Of a stretch of DNA of 64,000 nt, positions 62,120 to 64,000 are shown one piece after another. The notes under the pieces were generated by a model, which saw only the letters and a list, made by a program, of their open reading frames with translations, was not told the origin of the DNA and searched no databases. Origin of the DNA: Squalus acanthias (lineage: Eukaryota); assembly GCA_030390025.1 (NCBI GenBank), contig CM059433.1, forward strand, positions 11,720,001-11,784,000, written 5' to 3'. Both the position numbers and the translations under genes were made by a program. How positions within the stretch are numbered: the first letter of the stretch is position 1; the number at the start of each line of letters is the position of its first letter.

Positions 62120-64000
62120 GGCCGTGAAATTCGGGGGAGTAGCGCCGGCCGTTAAGGCCGGTTTTTGCTGAAAAAATGGTGGCCGCCTCGCTTCCGGCGC
62201 GGAGCACAGCAGCTGCCATTTTGGAGAGGTCATTAGTGCTGCCATTACCTGCGCTTGACTCTCACATGCAAATTTGCAGATTGTGATGTCAACTGGCGTG
62301 CGACGCCTGAACTGACGCACAACTGCGATTGTGGGCGTCGCCGCTCAGCATACCAGCCTCTCCAAACCACGCACAGATTAACATGCGTGCAGCAGTACTA
62401 CGGAGATGCTGCCAGCGCTTCTTAAAGGGACACACACATCTTTCAGGTAAGATTCGATTTTAGCTTTTGGACAGTCTTTTCACATTTTATTGCAGTCGTG
62501 GCTTGTTGCAATACATTTAAAGTGTGCAGGGAGTGCAGGGAATGCTGCTGGATGCTTGCAAGGCTTTGGATGTTAAAGGAAGGCCTCTGAGAACACCCCC
62601 TTGGGCTGCAACATCACAAGGAGATGAAGCAGAGGCAGCAAAGGGGACAAGCTGCTCGCAGAGGGAAGAGGAAGATGCAGAAGAGGAAGAAGAAGAGGAA
62701 GAAGCAGAAGAGGATGAAGTTGAAGGAAGGAGGCAACTCAGACAGCCCCTTTCTAGCCAAGATATCTGGGATCGAATCATCCGCCTGCGGTACCAGTGAC
62801 CACAACTCCAATTCCCCTTTCAACATTTGTCCCACACCTTACCTTCCCTCTGTTACTGACCATCACAGTGCCCTCTTGGACACAATGCTGAAATGAAAGC
62901 CACCACAAAGCAAACTTTCCAATCCAAATTTATCCATATATGCATCCAATATTACATCAAAAAATCAACTAATCACCCTTGTGCCTTCCTCATTTCAGAC
63001 ACCCAAGAAAGGCAGTCTGCCCAGCCAGTGTTTCACCAAGAAGAGGGCAAGGAGAGTGAAGAAGAAGAAAAAACACCGTCACTTGAATTCATACTCCCAG
63101 CCCCCAGCTCCTCAAGGTCATCCTGCAAGGCCAGCTGCAGTGTCCCCCACTGAAAGTCAGCATGCCACCATGCGCGCCTTGTATATCAGAAAAGATTATG
63201 GGATGAGGGAAAGTGGGTTGTGAGAAGGAGCAAAACATATGAGGATACCAGTAGCTTGTAATTTTTCAGCACCGCCACTGGCCAAGGGCTCAGCCTTGCC
63301 CATGCCAAGAATTACCAGCACCATCTCCTCCAAGGTGGTGAGATGAAGCTAGGAATGTGAGGTGTGCCTCGTGTTTGGTACAGACTGTTGGTAGGAGAGT
63401 GATGGCCTGGGGAGGGGTCCTGCCATGAGCAGTGTGTGAGGCTAGTGGTGCAGTTGGTAGAAGACAGCTTTTGAAGATGCATTCACTGACCTTGATCGTG
63501 CATCTGAGGTCATGAAACTTTTTTGGGCACTGGAGCCAGGTCCTGGGGGCGATACTGCTGGCAGTGACGTGACGGCCTCGGTGATCTGGTCCCACATCGT
63601 TCTTTCTGGAGGGCCTCCTGCCCCCTGTGGGTAGAGGACCTCTCTTCCAGTGTTGACCCCCTGCACAAAGCTCAAGTGCTGCATCCGAGACACTGAGTGC
63701 CCTTTCCCTGTTGAGCCATTTGTGTTAGTGCTGAAGCACTTTTACCATTTTTTATGTGCAGAAGGCAGTTCAGCTTTAAGAGCTGCAGACTGTCTATTTT
63801 GGAATGATTTTTATTTTTTTTTGCAGACGACAGTTCAGCTTCAAGGTCTAGAGATTGCCTTGAAAACTAACAGCCTTGCTTTAAGGAAATGCAGTGTCAC
63901 TCCAGTGATGCGACCTTGGGCCTCCTGCTGAGCGCACAGCCTGTCAGCAGTGTGACAGTCGCTGGACTGTGCACTAAAATCACTAACTCAGCAGGCAGCA
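62120..64000. mobile_element. Decayed Harbinger transposon: probable transposase C-terminus (+, 62524-62799) facing a Myb/SANT-like remnant (-, about 63290-63719)
   Basis: Acidic tract then ..IWDRIIRLRYQ*; minus strand VQGVNTGREVLYP..MWDQITEAV..RTWLQCPKKFHDL; runs off the window. Confidence 0.7.

Noticed and set aside
1..64000. CRISPR array, rRNA or prokaryotic operon
   Set aside because: No regularly spaced repeats, rRNA-like sequence or operon structure; the content is eukaryotic intron and repeats.

Overview
Vertebrate genomic DNA, most likely from a cartilaginous fish (inferred from the repeat content: Deu-domain tRNA SINEs, abundant CR1/L2/RTE LINEs, Penelope-type elements and Harbinger MITEs). 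Nearly the whole window lies inside one minus-strand host gene of the DCDC2 (doublecortin-domain) family. Four phase-compatible exons are recognisable (54998-55052, 14585-14768, 10313-10416, 2808-3332), separated by introns of about 40, 4 and 7 kb; the DCX-domain exons were not found and probably lie right of the window. The introns are packed with transposable elements: a near-intact young CR1 ORF2 with a near-identical inverted partial copy, a deep nested-insertion stack with a solo LTR, three RTE copies (one 5'-inverted, one with a 60-bp target duplication), L2 and Zenon-like LINE fragments, DeuSINEs, three decayed Harbinger transposons and several MITE families. Penelope-type repeats carry minimal hammerhead ribozyme cores. 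No prokaryotic features were seen. All family assignments are from motif recognition by eye, not database searches, and boundaries of old elements are approximate.
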